Origin: Chrysomallon squamiferum | Lineage: Eukaryota > Animalia > Mollusca | Direction: 5' to 3' | Assembly (NCBI GenBank): GCA_012295275.1 | Contig: CM022666.1 | Location: forward strand, 16,368,001 to 16,432,000 | DNA: 64,000 bases | Part shown: piece by piece, positions 44,099 to 64,000 of the stretch | How the letters are laid out: each line of letters begins with the position of its first letter | How positions within the stretch are numbered: the stretch's first letter is position 1 | Position numbers and translations under genes: made by a program | Notes under the pieces: model-generated | What the model saw: only the letters and a program-made list of their open reading frames with translations | Databases searched by the model: none | Told to the model about the DNA's origin: nothing

Positions 44099-46565
44099 TG
44101 ATATATTTCAGATCTTCATATATACAAAACGACAAACATACATGCAATCCACACACAAAGACATACACACACACACATACACACATACATATATATGGAT
44201 ACATACACATATATACATAGAAACAAACACACGTACAGACATAGAGACAGGCTGACAGACAGACAGACAGACAGTTGATACTAACCCACTATAGGGTAGT
44301 TGATGGACTGCGACGCTCCGTGGAAAACCTGAACGAAGCCAAAAGCTTTAGGAAAAGTTTCTCTTCCCAGAAACTCTAGGACGATGACGGGGTGGAGGCT
44401 GGAGTATGAGCCGCCGATGATTCCAAACACAGCGACAAACACCATCAGATACTCAAAAGTCGTGTACAGGACGATGAACTGAAAGACGACACCCAGCACA
44501 AGAAACACGACAGCCAGCAAAAATGGGGCTGCATCCAACGCAGTTCCGCCACGATTCCCGACAAGAGGCGCGAACAAAGGTCAAGGCCGGCGATGATGCT
44601 GAGGAGGGTGCTCGTCTGGACAGGGGTGAATCCTTTCTCGTCGGCCAGCGGCGGGATGAACAGTCCGAACATGGCGTAGCCGACGATTCCGCACGAAGTG
44701 AAGCAGAAGATGATGAGAAACTTTGGCTGTTTGAAGAGAGCGAAATCCACTTTGCTCAGGTACGTTAAGACCACGTTTTGTTTCTTGTTCACGCGTTCTG
44801 CACTGTTGGACTGGTTCTGGTTTTCGTGTGCTGGTGATGACAAAGCATTTGAGACAGCAGGTTTCGATTCTCCTGAGACAGAAAGATTCGCTGATTCTTG
44901 TCCAGGTAATAAAGTGTTCGAGTGACGTGGATTTGTTTCCGCCAGGACTGGGAGACTAACGTAGGGGAAGCAACTCGTTTCTAATCTTGTTACGTATTTC
45001 TGTTCTTTTCTCAGTGTCACGTTGTCAGACACAGACGCAACAGTTTGACTGTTTGTTTGTATACTCGAGGAACGTTTAACCTTATCCTCACAACAGATGT
45101 CTGAAGACTCGTTTGTGACGTCGTCGTTGTTTTCATAGCGTTTCGACAACGCCAGCAACGGTTGTGACGATGCTAACACCGGCATCGATGAGTACATTCT
45201 GTCTGTCTTAATGTTTTCACAGTCTGTTATTTCATATGATTTTTCTGAAACGTTTCTTTTTAGTTTACTTTCAGGTTTAAAACCGCGATGATTTTCTTTT
45301 TCACTCGATAAAAACGAGTCTGTCTCGACATGCAACGTCTGTTTGTCTGTCTGTTTTTCTGTCTGTTTGTCCGTCCTGAGAGGCCTGAACAGAGATGAAA
45401 AAATAACAGTCTGAAGCAGAATAGATCCGATCAGAAGCATCGTCCCCTGGCGGCCATATTGTTCAAGCAGATACGTGAACAGCGGCGGCAACAGGATACA
45501 ACCGAGTGACGTGGCACAGTTGGATACAGCAGTGACGATGCGGAGGTACTTCTTAAAGTACTGCGTCATAAGAACAACGCTGGGCCCGTACGTCAAAGCA
45601 AACCCGAGTCCTAAACAAACAGATGACATCATCATCAAAATTAAACTCGTGACGTCATCCCATTGTGTCAGTGACCGTTATTTGTTAAAGTTACAATGAC
45701 GTCAGTTAACATTTATATGTTTTTACTTCAAATGCTTTAAATCTTCTACCATTATTTGAAATTAAAATGTTACGTTACTACTCTGTCATATCATTATTTA
45801 AAATTTAAATACGATGTTATTCGATTCTTTCAGTATCGACTATTTTTCGAACTGTTATTTACTATGAATTAAAAATGATTAAATTCAATGTAATGATGAT
45901 AAGGCAAGGATGACAATAACGATGTTGATGCTGTCGATGTTTGGGTAACGACAACGATGACATTAACGATGTTTGTGATGATGATGTTGATGATGATGAC
46001 AAATTTATAAACAAGAAAATGAACAATTTATATATTAATTAAACTTTTATGAACAAGAGTAAAATGAGCTGTTGTCTGTATTATAAAACTGTCAAAGACA
46101 AAAGTCACGTGTTAGCTGTATGCTTACCGAAAAGAAACCCGTGTGAGAAAATGAGAAAACCCACTTCTGCTGCAAAAGCACTGAGAATTGCACTGAGCCC
46201 GGCGAGAGTAGAACCCACAACCATCAGCTTTCTAACACTGACCTTCTCAATTAGAATGTTTAGCGTCAGAATAGCTGTAACAAACAAACAAACAAATAAT
46301 AACAACAGTGATGATGATGCAAATAATAATAATTATGATGATGATGATGATGATAATGTTAATGATAATAATATAATAGTAATGATAATGATAATAAAAT
46401 AATAATAATAGCAATAATAATAATAACAATAACAATAATGATAATAAAATAATAATAATAGTAGCAATAATAATAATAGCAATAATAACAGTAATAATGA
46501 TAATAAAATAATAATAATAATAATAGCAATAATAAAAATAAAAATAATAATAATAATAAACACGA

Positions 46566-46600
<35 letters not shown>

Positions 46601-46610
46601 CAGATATATA

Positions 46611-46654
<44 letters not shown>

Positions 46655-47205
46655 CCTGTGAGATATTTTATGTATATATTAAGGAACAGCAAAAACGTAC
46701 ACGTGATACTGAACACGGCCTGCTGAACTCCTAGAACTAACGTTGTCATGGAAGCATTCTCCTCGAACGCTTCCTGAAACTCCACAAACATTATTCCAAA
46801 CGATTTGAGGTAGCCGACCATCAGCAGGTTGTTTGCGAAACAACCTGGAATCAGCGGACAAAATAGTGAAATATTAGTTCATACAGAAATGTCAAACACA
46901 CAAATATACAGTCCTACGAATAGATATGTACATAGTTATATATATATATATATATATACACATAGGTACATACATACATATATACAGTCCCGTACATGCA
47001 TTGCATATACACACATATCTATAAATATCTACATACATATATTTACATACGTACAAGAATATAGACACATATATTCATAGATATATACGAACAAATACAT
47101 ATATTTATAGTACTACATGCATACATACATATATACGTACATACATACATACATGCATACACACACATACACACATAGACACAGAACTACAGACATACAA
47201 AACGT

Positions 47206-47240
<35 letters not shown>

Positions 47241-47525
47241 TAGACACAGAACTACAGACATACAAGACGTACACACAGACACACAGACATGTACATGTGT
47301 TACCACAAAGTATAACCCATGCCCATCCTCGGTCGACGTTAGGCGAGTTAACTTCGTTTGACTTCGGTCTGTTTCGTCTGTCGTTTTTTCCGTTAGTGAT
47401 CCTAAACTAGTCTGACTTTCACAACCATCCGTGGTGAGTTCCTCTGTCCGTCCTTCCAGCAGTGTGTTTGTTTCTGTCGTGCAGTTTCGTCCATCTTTAG
47501 AAAGGGAATCTGAATTTTTCGTCAT
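43627..47525 (-). CDS. Monocarboxylate transporter (SLC16/MCT family), paralogue A
   Basis: Exons 47525-47304, 46844-46701, 46274-46128, 45610-44286, 43769-43627. Motifs [51 protein letters not shown] and [10 protein letters not shown]. Exons 1 and 4 are each one base short of phase (T6 run at 47384-47389, A5 run at 44519-44523). Confidence 0.9.
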
Positions 47526-48369
47526 TTGAAAGTCTGGATCTGATACGATGGCGCTTGTTTTTTTGTTCTTACTGGAAAGAAAAAGATATCGATCATCACG
47601 TTTTTTTTTTTTGGGGGGGGATTTAAAAACGAGCTAAAGGAACAATAAGACTGGTAACTCTATATACACAGGGTAGTCGTTCATGAAAACTATAATCTAA
47701 GTGTTAAAAAAATTAATACAGAGTTGTTCCAAAATAGCCCCATTTGTGTGTGTATGTTCGTCTGTGTCATTTTTGTATAGAGTGGCTCAAATTATATGTG
47801 TGTTTGTGTGTGTTTGTGTGTGTTTATGTGTGTTTAATTTGTATTTGTATATGAATTTTATATATAAGACAAAAAATTTCGAAATAAATAATAATAATAA
47901 AAAACCAGTAAATAAATAAATAAACAGTAATATAATAGCGTGTCCTCCCCCATACACAGAAAATTTCCTTTCCTTAACCACTAACAACAGATTTGTACTC
48001 CTCTGCAATAATTCAACATCACTGCTTTGTAGTAATGAAACAACAGCAGAAAAAAAAAAAATTTGTATTAAATTTTTAGAGCTATTATCATTATTTTATC
48101 TGCTAGAGGCTGCGTGACACCAAAGCTATCCCGAGAACCCCTGCGAGGGTCGCCATTACACCGGAAAATCGCGGGAAAATCACACTAACCGAATTACACT
48201 GGACTGGACCCAGTTAACAAAGCAGTTTGAACGAGTCAAATATCGTGAAGTTCATAGCGTTGTGGGACGCAATATTTTTACTTTATTCCGGGCGCTGATA
48301 ACCCATGCAACTCCGCTCTGGGTGCGTGTGGGCATGCGTGCGTGCGTGCGTCTATTTATCTATCTATCC

Positions 48370-48418
<49 letters not shown>

Positions 48419-48779
48419 GCTAGCTAGCTATCTATCTATCGGCCTACCTACTTGCCTACTAACCCAGTTACTTATCTGTCTAGCTATAACGGGCGGAAGA
48501 AAGATAGTATCATGACCGCTGATAATTTATGATGCGACTAACCACACTTCTGTCATTCTAGTACATACATTCAGTGTTTCGCGAGACAGAACTCAACACC
48601 ATGACCCTTTGTTCACCTATAATTCTACCTATTGTGTACTGGTCCGATTACATTTTGTTTTGTTTATTTCATTCTGGAACTCGTTGACATTACAAAATAT
48701 TCTTGCTATGATAACGATGTTCTGTTTACATATACATCATGCAGTCGCCCTAGAATAGTTGTCTTAACTTTCTTTTTCG

Positions 48780-48810
<31 letters not shown>

Positions 48811-49489
48811 AATAATATTTATCCTAGTAATTCTAATCGTAAGAAAATGTATTAAGCAAAGAACGCAAAAACTCACCCGTTCCCGAAAGTAGGCCACACT
48901 GAAATGAAATGTCATCTATTTCAGTTGGGTCACCCACATTGTCGACGTCATCGTGGTCATTTGAATTGTTTTATTATGTGATCCGGTTACGTGCAATCCC
49001 AGTCGCTTTGTTTGAGGAAAACGCAATGGCTTGTTCTTGTCTTTTGTTGCGTATCAGTTTGTTTCCTACAGACCGGTTACAACTGACTGAACTGAAAGCT
49101 CTGCCCCCAGCTTGAACCGTTACGCACGGAGATAATATTATTAGCAAGACAAGTACTATGACCTTCACCTTACTGCACCTCCGATATCCCCCGTTGCATA
49201 TGCTCGTACGCTTAAAACGTTACTTATGCAGTTACCAACAGATTTTCGGAGAGTTTGGGACTAGTGGTGGTCCAGATTTGCATATATATCGGATTTATGC
49301 TTAATCTTTACTTAAAATGTAAAGTAAACAATAAAATAAACATATATGCCTTTATCGTTAAGAATATATAACCTATTATAATTACATTTTGTACATTTCC
49401 ATTGCTATTATTTTTTTCTTTCTAAAGTGATACAACAAAACGAAATAGTCACATTACAATACTCGATGACTCACAGTACCATTTCTCTT

Positions 49490-49710
49490 TTAAATAACGT
49501 CATTTCGTAGTTTCTCTTTTAACGTGACGTCATTTCGTACACTTTTTCTCTTAACGTGCCATTAATAAAGTTTCGCTTTTAAAGTGACATTTTGCAGTTA
49601 TTCTTAACGTTACGTCATTTTGTACGCACAAACGATAGAATTAGTTTATTGCTGACGTAAAGGAAATGTATTCTGATGGAAGGATGCTAAAACTAGGCAA
49701 TGACGTTGTG
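49490..49710. promoter_or_regulatory. Cluster of CRE/ATF-like sites in a decayed ~30-bp repeat between the divergent MCT genes
   Basis: TGACGTCA (49525-49532), TTACGTCA (49610-49617), TGACGTAA (49653-49660) and further ACGTCA/TGACGT half-sites. Confidence 0.4.
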
Positions 49711-50355
49711 CTTGCTGTGAATGAGATCATAACAGCCACACTCATGCGTTATATTTTGTATTATGTTTTACTAAAATAGATTCATCATCATTTCTCACTA
49801 ATGTTTTGCATCGTCTTCAGTCAGAAACACTCTTTTTCTTTCTTTTTTTTTTTTGTTTGCTTTATAACATTTTTTTTTTATTTTTTATTTTTTTATAGTT
49901 TTCAACATTAACAATGAAACTGTAATATATATATATATATTTTTAATAGCAACAGAGCGATTCATTTCTTACTAATTTTATACATTCAGTTTTCAGATCT
50001 TGAAAACAAATAATTTAATTTGCTATTAAAACATTGAAATATAAATATCTTTAATATAAATTATATGGTTTTTATTTTTCATATATTTTGAAATTTTTGT
50101 TTCATTTTGTATTTATTTTAAATATTTATTTTTATTTATTTTATTTTTATTTATTTTATTTTATTTAAATAAAAATATATCAGCAATTGACAATATCCAA
50201 AAATGAATTTTCATTTAACTGTTAGAAACAACTTTACGATAACCTTCCGTGGCCGTAACCAAACTGAGGTAAATGAGACAAATGTCTCATGACGATTTAT
50301 TTATTTATGATCATTATTGTTATTGTTATTGTTATTATTATTATTATTATTGTTA

Positions 50356-50415
<60 letters not shown>

Positions 50416-51258
50416 CGATAGAATCGATATCCACTCAATGAATTACGTCTACGGTTAGTTGTGACGTCTACCGACATCGTTGCGATGAAAAACCTAAGTT
50501 CACAGATATCAGACAACATTTTTTCGCACGTTCCGCTCAAGCGATTAACTGTTTTTGCCTGACTTCAAAAAGAGTCTAGTTACTGCCATGCCTTTGACCT
50601 CTACAGGTTAAACTGGGGTCAGTGATAAATGACGACACACACCCTATAAATGTAGTTGTCATAACTGTAGATTGAAACTGAGAAGCCCATGGCGGGTAGA
50701 GTTAACGCTGTCAAGTGGGCCACATGCTATTTTTCCCAGGTACACCGTTATACATTACAAGTCTGGCAAACAGTGTTTGTTTAAGTAGATTTTATTTGAA
50801 CTATATAACAACGTGTTATTTGTCTTTATTATTAGTTTTTATTTGTTAACTGGATAGTCGAAGTGCGGAGAGGTATCATCTATACAAGGTATTCCTTGAC
50901 GTTTATCTGAAAATTACAGCAAGAGATGATTTTGTCAGCTGTCTGGTGATAAATATTATTTTTCTCTGTCTTTTTATCTCTCGTTCTTGTTTTTTTTCCA
51001 CAGTGTTCTTGATAACAACAGCAGTTCGCTGTAGTTGGTTTTATCTGTCATATTCAGCCAAGAAAAGCAAACAAATGTTTTACTGCCTGCCGGACGCAGC
51101 TGTTTCACTACCGCGGATTTTACTGTTACTGAAAAAAAAAGGCTTCGTTTTATTTTCCGATATCACAGTGTCGTGTCATCATTATTTCGTATGATTCAAG
51201 AACACGGTGAACTATACACCATGACGTAACAATCGACGGAAAGAGGCGACATCTTCCA

Positions 51259-56898
<5,640 letters not shown>

Positions 56899-57054
56899 TG
56901 TGAAGGAGAAAACAATAATAAGCGACTTGACTGATACTATTTGTGTTTGATAAGAGTAGAACAAGCTTTTCACTTTAAAACACAAGATTTAAACTGAAGT
57001 GGTTGGTAGAGTTAAAGTAAAGATCACATGTAACGTTATTTTATGTGTAACACA

Positions 57055-57610
57055 TCTCTCCCTCTCTCTTACTGTCTTTCACTCTCTCTCTCTCTCTCTT
57101 ACTGTCTTTCACTCTGTCTCGCTCACTTTCTTACTGTCTCTCTCTCTGTCTCTCTCACTCTCTTACTGTCTTTCACTCTCTCTCTCTCTTACTGTCTTTC
57201 ACTCTCTCTCGCTCATTTTCTTACTGTCTCTCTCTCTCTGTCTCTCTCACTCTCTTACTGTCTTTCACTCTCTCTCTCTCACTCTTACTGTCTTTCACTC
57301 TCTCTCTCTGTCTCTCTCTTACTGTCTTTCACTCTCTCTCTGTCTCTCTCACTCTCTTATTGTCTTTCACTCTCTCTCTCTGTCTCTCTCTTACGGTCTT
57401 TCTCTCTCTCTCTCTGTCTCTGTCACTCCTCTTTCTCTCTCTCTCTTACTGTCTTTGACTCTCTCTGTCTCTCTCACTCTCTTTCTGTCTTTCACTGTGT
57501 CTCTCTCACTCCTCTTCCTCTCACTTTCTTACTGTCTTTCACTCTCTCTCTCTGTCTCTCTCACTCTCTTACTGTCTTTCACTGTCTCATTCACTCTGTC
57601 TTTCTCATCT
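57055..57610. repeat. CT-rich minisatellite (ctcttactgtctttcact core with variable CT spacers)
   Basis: Directly visible, downstream of the MCT-B stop codon. Confidence 0.9.
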
Positions 57611-58311
57611 TTCTAAGACTTATCGGTCATATTACTTTCTTTTTCTCTCATCTTTCTCTCTTTTTTTTTTTCTTCTCATCTGTTTCTTTATTCCACTCTC
57701 TCTGTATCAAACTAATTCGGACATTTTTAACTCTTACAATATTTTAAAATTTTAAGAAAACTTAGCAAATTGTTATAATTTCAACAATGAATAACGATAA
57801 CACAATTAGCTACCTTTATTTTATTATTTTACTTTTTTCTTCAAACAAAGCAGATAATATATTCTCATAATAAAAACAATAAAACTAAGTAAAATCGCTT
57901 GAATATTACATATCTGTTTTAGATGCATGTATGTGTTTGTTTATGTATCTGTGTGTTTTGTTGTATGTCTATGAATGTGTTTATGTGCTAATTAGTATGT
58001 CGGTGAGTGTTTATTTTCTCTGTGTGTGTATTTGTATATTTGTATGCATATTTATTTGTCTGGCTGTGTCAGAGTATAATAAGTGATAATTTGTTTTGTA
58101 CTGTGTTAGCTTTTTCTTTGTATGCTGTATTGTGAATATTTGTTTGTGTTTCTGTACGTTTGGGTTTATTTGTGTGTGTATTTGTCTTGTTTTCTGCTTT
58201 TTGTATTGTGTTCATTTTTTCTTTGTATGCTGTATTTATATACCGTGCGATGTATGTGTCATGCGTATTTGTTACATGTGTGTACTGAACCATGTTTCTT
58301 TGCTTATCTGT

Positions 58312-58407
<96 letters not shown>

Positions 58408-58919
58408 TGTAAATAAGAAAATTACTTTTCTGTCTAAATAAAAGGAAGAAACAGCATTCAGAAAAAGACAATTATAATAATAATAAAAATATCAACTGTT
58501 CAAAACGATTGAAATACTAAACAGAAAAAATAAATGATGTAGAAAAGTCAAAATCTAATACAGAATTTTAGATCAAGTCTATAAATGATATTAAAATATT
58601 AAAAGTTCATAAGAATTAAAAGAAAGAGAACAAAATTCCTGAACACAGAAGTTCAAGCTGATAGGACTTTTTGTACCGAGCATCACACCTTTTTGTACCG
58701 ACTGCATCTGTAAAAAAAAAAATAATAAAAAAAAAATAAAAATTAAAAAATAAAAATAAATAAAATAAATAAAATTAATTAATTAATTTAAAAAAAAAAA
58801 AAACATTAAAAAAATAAATAAATAATAATGCAATAAAACAAAATAAAACAAAATAAAATATATAAGAAAGTAAATCAACAGAGAACACAATGTATTATTT
58901 ACTATGCCATGTTTGAAAC

Positions 58920-58961
<42 letters not shown>

Positions 58962-59404
58962 TGGTAAATTCTAATTTGACAACACTGATCGTAGCTAACC
59001 TCTAAAGTAATCACGTGATCAGTGACGTCATCCTAATCTTAATCTTTTCAGTTCTTCACTACTGATATTAGAAAAGAAGGTGGTTATAAGTCTCAGAGGG
59101 GATTGCTAATAAACGCCTCACGTGTAAAGATCTAATTGTTAGAGAAATGCTATAGTTACTGATAAACGTCGAACAATTTCCCGATCTAACCAGATACAAC
59201 AAATACTTAAAATCACAGAGACTTTCCTCTCTGTGAAAGAAAAACGAGCTCTTCCTGTGACTGTAAATAATTTCTCTCTGCCGATAAGTGTGTGAAAGAA
59301 ATAGCCGCGGATTACATTTCGTATCGAAGTACAAGATAAATCTTCCGTTCCAACCATGCTCTTTAAACAAGCCAGTGTGACGTTACCTGTTTATCTGCAG
59401 CTGG

Positions 59405-62400
59405 CTACAGCAGGGAAAACTCCTCGTCAGACAATGAGAGCTGTTCAGCTTCGTCCATCTCCGGAGCCCAGGAAATGGAGGCAGCTAGGGCGTGGTCTTC
59501 TCCACCTATCTCGTCCCGACAATCTGGACACACCTCTCGCTCTGTCGGTTGCTCACACTCGGCAATGGCGTACACGTGACCTACACATTAAAAGTAAATT
59601 TGCATGACTGAATAATTGACTGATTTACCAGATAGACTGTCTATCTGACTGACTGACTGAATGACTCACTGACTCACCGACAGTGTGCTTTACTCACTGA
59701 CTGACTAATTGATTGAATGACTCACTGACTGTGTGACTGACTGACTGACTGATTGAACTAACTTACTAATCGACTGGTGGTTAATTTACTAGACCGACTG
59801 ACTGACATATGACTTTCCGACTTATGTATCGTTGTACGTGTCATTACGCTTGGTGATAGTTATCATTATTACCTTACGTCATATGTATCATCACGTTTAG
59901 TCATGCGTATCACGGTTATTTTCAGTTATGTGCACATTTGCCATGTTTCGTTATACGTATAACCATTACGTTTCGTCGTGCCTAATTAAAACAGGTGTTT
60001 ACCTCTGCGGCACCTCCACCAGTGTCCTTGTTTCATGTTCATAGCGTGCACGATCATCAGCCTCTCTTCCTCCGTCACTCCGATCCGAGACTCGGGCACG
60101 TACTCTGTTAGTTCCTCCTTCGTCGTCTCTGCAAGCTGCAGCGTCTCCCGCGACAGCACCGAGCTGCCCTGCAGCTGCTGCACCACTTGAGCCATCTGCC
60201 TCATCAGTCTGGGCGGAACGTCGTCTACAGCGACGTCGATAATTTTACGTGATTTGAGCAGGTAGAGGAGAAGCGAGAGACGTCGCAGTTCCCGATCAGC
60301 GTCGATGACCTCTTGTTCTGTGAACACTGAACGGTACTGCAGAATCCACGACCTGAATATTATGTTATAGAATATTAGTATAATACAGTATACTATAGTA
60401 TAGTTCAGTACAGTACAGTACAGAACAGTATAATATAGGATAGTACATTATAGTATACTATTATATAGTACAGTATAGTATAATATAATATAGTACATTG
60501 TAATACAGCAAAGTATAGCATAGTATAGTATAGTAAAATGCAGCATATCCCAGTACAGTACATTATAATATAGCATATCAATGCACAATATAGTATAACG
60601 TAGCATAATACAATACAAAAATATACCGTAACATACCATAATATAACAACACCATATGATACGGTATATTACGGTATGGCACAGAATGGCATATTAAGGC
60701 AACACAATAAAAGAAGACACTACACACCTGAAAGCCTGCAGATCTCTGGCGATACAGTGGAAATCCTCACAGCTGCTTCTCCAGCGACTCATGGCATCCG
60801 ACACCTTCCTCTCGTAGCTGCTTACCTGCAGCAGGATTCGAACTTGATTGAGCTGGGCTGCGAGCTGCGACTCTGACTTTACAACGACTTTATCTCTCAG
60901 AGAGTCGATGTCTGCTCGGTCGGAGGGAAGAGCGGACCTAGCAGCAGCGTCAATCTCAGAGTCAAGTTCCCGCACTCTTCTTTCACTGCCTATGATCTTC
61001 TGTTTGATGGCTTCAATACACTGCAGAGTCTCATTGACCACGGAGCCGTATCTGAGGTTTCGACGAATTGGCGTTTTACACCGAGGACAGACTTTTAGAA
61101 GAACAATATTCCCCCTGATCCCATCATTATTATGGTCATCTCCATCATCCGTCCTGTCCATCCAGCGGTCCAGGCTGGTCACTTCAAACACGTGACAGCA
61201 GTCCTGCAGCTGAACAAAACGAGAGTTTGGATCATCTTCGTTTCCGAAGAAGGGTTTGAATGCGTCGTCGTCCTTGTCGCAGACTCTGCAGAGGCGCGGA
61301 CACGGCTCGCCACACATGCCAATGCACGGGTGACCACAAGACAACGTCTTCCAACAACTCTCGTCACATCTGTCTCTGTCGCAAACTTCGCTGCACAGAC
61401 GGCTGCACTTCTTGTGTCTGCACTGCCACGGACACGGCATCTTGCACGGCACACACGGCTCACCGCATCGTTTTGAACATACACTGTGGTGACATCGGTT
61501 TTCGCAAGGTCTTTTGCAAGGGCGGCAATTGTTGCATGTGTCCGAACATTTGTGTCCACACACCAGAATGTTCTTACATTTCTCTTTGCATGGCTGGTTC
61601 AGACGACCTTGGAAACAAGACCCACACGTGCCTGTGCACGGATCGCTACACGACAGGATCTGCCTGCAGGGAACTGTACACATGGCTGTGTCGCTCTGAC
61701 AACACTCAACTGATATAACGTGTCCACAAGGCCGTTCTACCTTCGCCTTCTCTTTACACTGAAAATTACGAGGATCTGTTGAACAAGGGACCATTTGTCG
61801 ATGACCACATTTCGGCAACTGCTTCTGAACCGGCTCTTTACAAGGAGGACAGCCAGACGAACACGCATAGCAGAGACTACTACAAGGGTGGCCTTTTCAC
61901 AGAATTTTGTGCACGGAAAATAACACTGAGAATGCGGGCCGCTGTGGCAGGTTCTTGTACAGGTGTGGCCACAAGGGAGACGACTCTCACACGGTTTAAG
62001 ACATCCACCTTCAGGAACTTTCAGAAAATCTCTAGCTTCTTTCGCAAAGATGCATGTTCTGTGTCTGGGGCAGACAAGCTGGAGACCGTCTTTCAGGTAG
62101 TCATCTTTCCTCGCTGTTGTGATGATGTCCCGAATAAGATCACTTTTCTCAGTTAGAAAACGGAAGTTTCCCAGCACGTACATTCCGTGCTTCGCGCGAG
62201 ATAACGCAACGCAAATTCTGTTGTCAGTTTTCAAGAAGCCAATCGTTTCTCCCGGTGTATCACTTCGGACCATTGACAGAAGGACGATGTCATTTTCTTC
62301 TCCTTGATAACTATCCACAGAAGCCAGTCGTACACCTTCAAATTTCGACTTTGGCATCAGATGTCGCAGCGCGTTGATTTGTGCTGAGTACATGCTTATT

Positions 62401-64000
62401 ATTGTTATCTGCTGTCGCTGGTAACCCTGCTTGAGCAAGTACTCACACAAACTGACGATATACTCCGCCTCAAATTGGTTTAAGCAACTCAGACTTTCTT
62501 CGTCTACCTCATGAGGATAGCCTGTGTTCTATGAAACAAACGTTCTGACTGACTCCGCTGACGTCAGGGTATGATTTGACGGAACGGTCGTCCTGAAGAT
62601 TAGGGTATATCGTCCTCATCATTCTCGATATTTCTGGACGCATTCTGTGCTGCCATTGCAAACAGTCGAGATGTACGTTGCAGCGCACCATTCGTTCAAA
62701 GAGAGATATTTCCAAATTGTATTGTTTCGCCAGCCTGTGAACAGTCGGGTTTGGTCTCAGCTGTTTGTGGTCTCCAATGAGAATGAGATGTTGACATCCT
62801 CGACTCAAAGTGGCGATCACGTGGGCCTCCAGCACTTCGGCCGCCTCCTCCACGATGATGATTTTAGGCTCAATCTCCGACATGATGCTCTGATATCTGG
62901 CAGCAGCTATCGTTGTCATGCCAACGATGCAGGCGTTTTTCAGTATTCGTTTGTCCTCCTGTAGGAGAATTTCTTTGTACCTTTTGCAGATGCGATCATA
63001 AACCTGTTCCTTATCTCTGATTTGTCCTCGAGATTGTCGACATAATCTGTCCACCCAGTATCTGTACAGTCTCCATCGGTCTCTGTACGTTATGTTCCAC
63101 ATGTTGTCCACTCTCGATGCTTCCAGTTCTGACATTCGATCAACGCTCTCAATCTTCTTTCTCAGTTTCTTCTTCAGCCATCGCTTTCGTTTCCGCTTCT
63201 CGTCGCATTCACGGCGAGTTTGTCCGGTCAGCAGTGTTTCCGACGACGCACCCAGTTTTGTCACTTCAAACCCCAGCGTCTCCTGTCTCACTTTTATTAC
63301 ATCAACACTTGATCCTCCGACGTCTGCGTCAAGTACGTCATCGAAGTCGTCGTCGTCCAACAGTCGCTGCTGCTGAGCTGTTTCTGCTTGACTGACGACA
63401 TCGATCACTTCCTCACCAACCACCTCCTCGTCGTCTTCTGGTTTTGGTTCTTCCAGATCATCTATGTATTTAAAATCGTTAGTGATTCCCAGCCACTCAG
63501 CAATGACTGAAGATCGTCTGTTGGGGAAAAACGACTCTTGTTGTGGGGTCATGTATTCTCTGAGACTGTTCTCGTGGACTATTTCTCTCTCAGCCACCTC
63601 AAGCCTCGTGGCTATGCCGTGGATCTCTGCTTTCAGATCCAACATCTTTGTCGATATTTCGACTTTTGTGGTAAACACGGACGTAGGAACGTCTCGTGCG
63701 TCCCGCGCCCTCTGTCTGGCTGATGTGAGGTTACAGTCTTGCAGTTGAGAATTCTCACTTTTGCTTCTGCTTCCAACTCGGATGAGCTTTCCCCTGAAAA
63801 ACTTCAAAATGCCTTCCAGAAACTGATCGAGTGCATGATTGGTGTAGCACACAACCAGAATTGGTACGTTCTCGCCTCCGCTCCAGACGTTTCGGTTGTG
63901 AAGGAGAGCTTTGAGAATCTTGAGTCCTAGATACGTCTTTCCTGTGCCAGGCGGTCCTTGGATGAGAGAGAACTCAGAGGTAAGCGCGTGCTGCAAGGCT
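59405..64000 (-). CDS. ZNFX1: NFX1-type zinc finger-containing protein 1-like (UPF1-like SF1 helicase + NF-X1 Cys-rich fingers + RZ finger); 3' part
   Basis: Exons >64000-60728, 60352-60003 and 59580-59405. Helicase motifs: LIQGPPGTGKT, VVCYTNHALDQFLE, IIIVEEAAEV, LIGDHKQLRP, QHRMRPEI, SVDSYQGEEND, NRICVALSRAK. These are followed by CGH-C repeats, CPRCKTPIRRNLRYG and the RZ motif GHWWRCRRGHVYAIAEC...CPDC...IGGEDH. Two frame breaks, at about 62525 and about 61895. Confidence 0.93.

Noticed and set aside
48105-48325. GC-rich island as a MITE or DNA-transposon fragment
   Set aside because: No matching terminal inverted repeat or target-site duplication is visible; it needs a repeat-library search.
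60676-63930. Plus-strand ORFs antisense to ZNFX1 (and similar ones opposite the large MCT exons)
   Set aside because: They are shadow ORFs of GC-richer coding sequence with no recognisable motifs.

Overview
AT-rich, microsatellite-dense animal genomic DNA (lophotrochozoan/mollusc-like; the taxon is an inference). I reconstructed seven spliced protein-coding genes by hand from splice sites and exon phases. They are: the 5' part of an SLC5A8/SLC5A12-like Na+/monocarboxylate symporter (-), ERCC5/XPG (+, 15 exons, two U12-type introns including one AT-AC), an uncharacterised ~555-aa coiled-coil + two-EF-hand protein ending in a CaaX box (-, 17 coding exons), LHFPL6 (-), a head-to-head pair of SLC16/MCT paralogues, and the 3' part of a ZNFX1-like helicase with NF-X1 and RZ fingers (-). 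The most striking pattern is that many minisatellites and short duplications begin exactly at an exon boundary or stop codon and carry copies of the splice signal into the intron; one example is about 29 copies of the ERCC5 exon-10 donor. Seven single-base frame disruptions across four genes are most likely assembly errors, although the parallel -1 shift in exon 1 of both MCT paralogues deserves checking. No rRNA, intact tRNA, CRISPR array or autonomous transposon was recognised.
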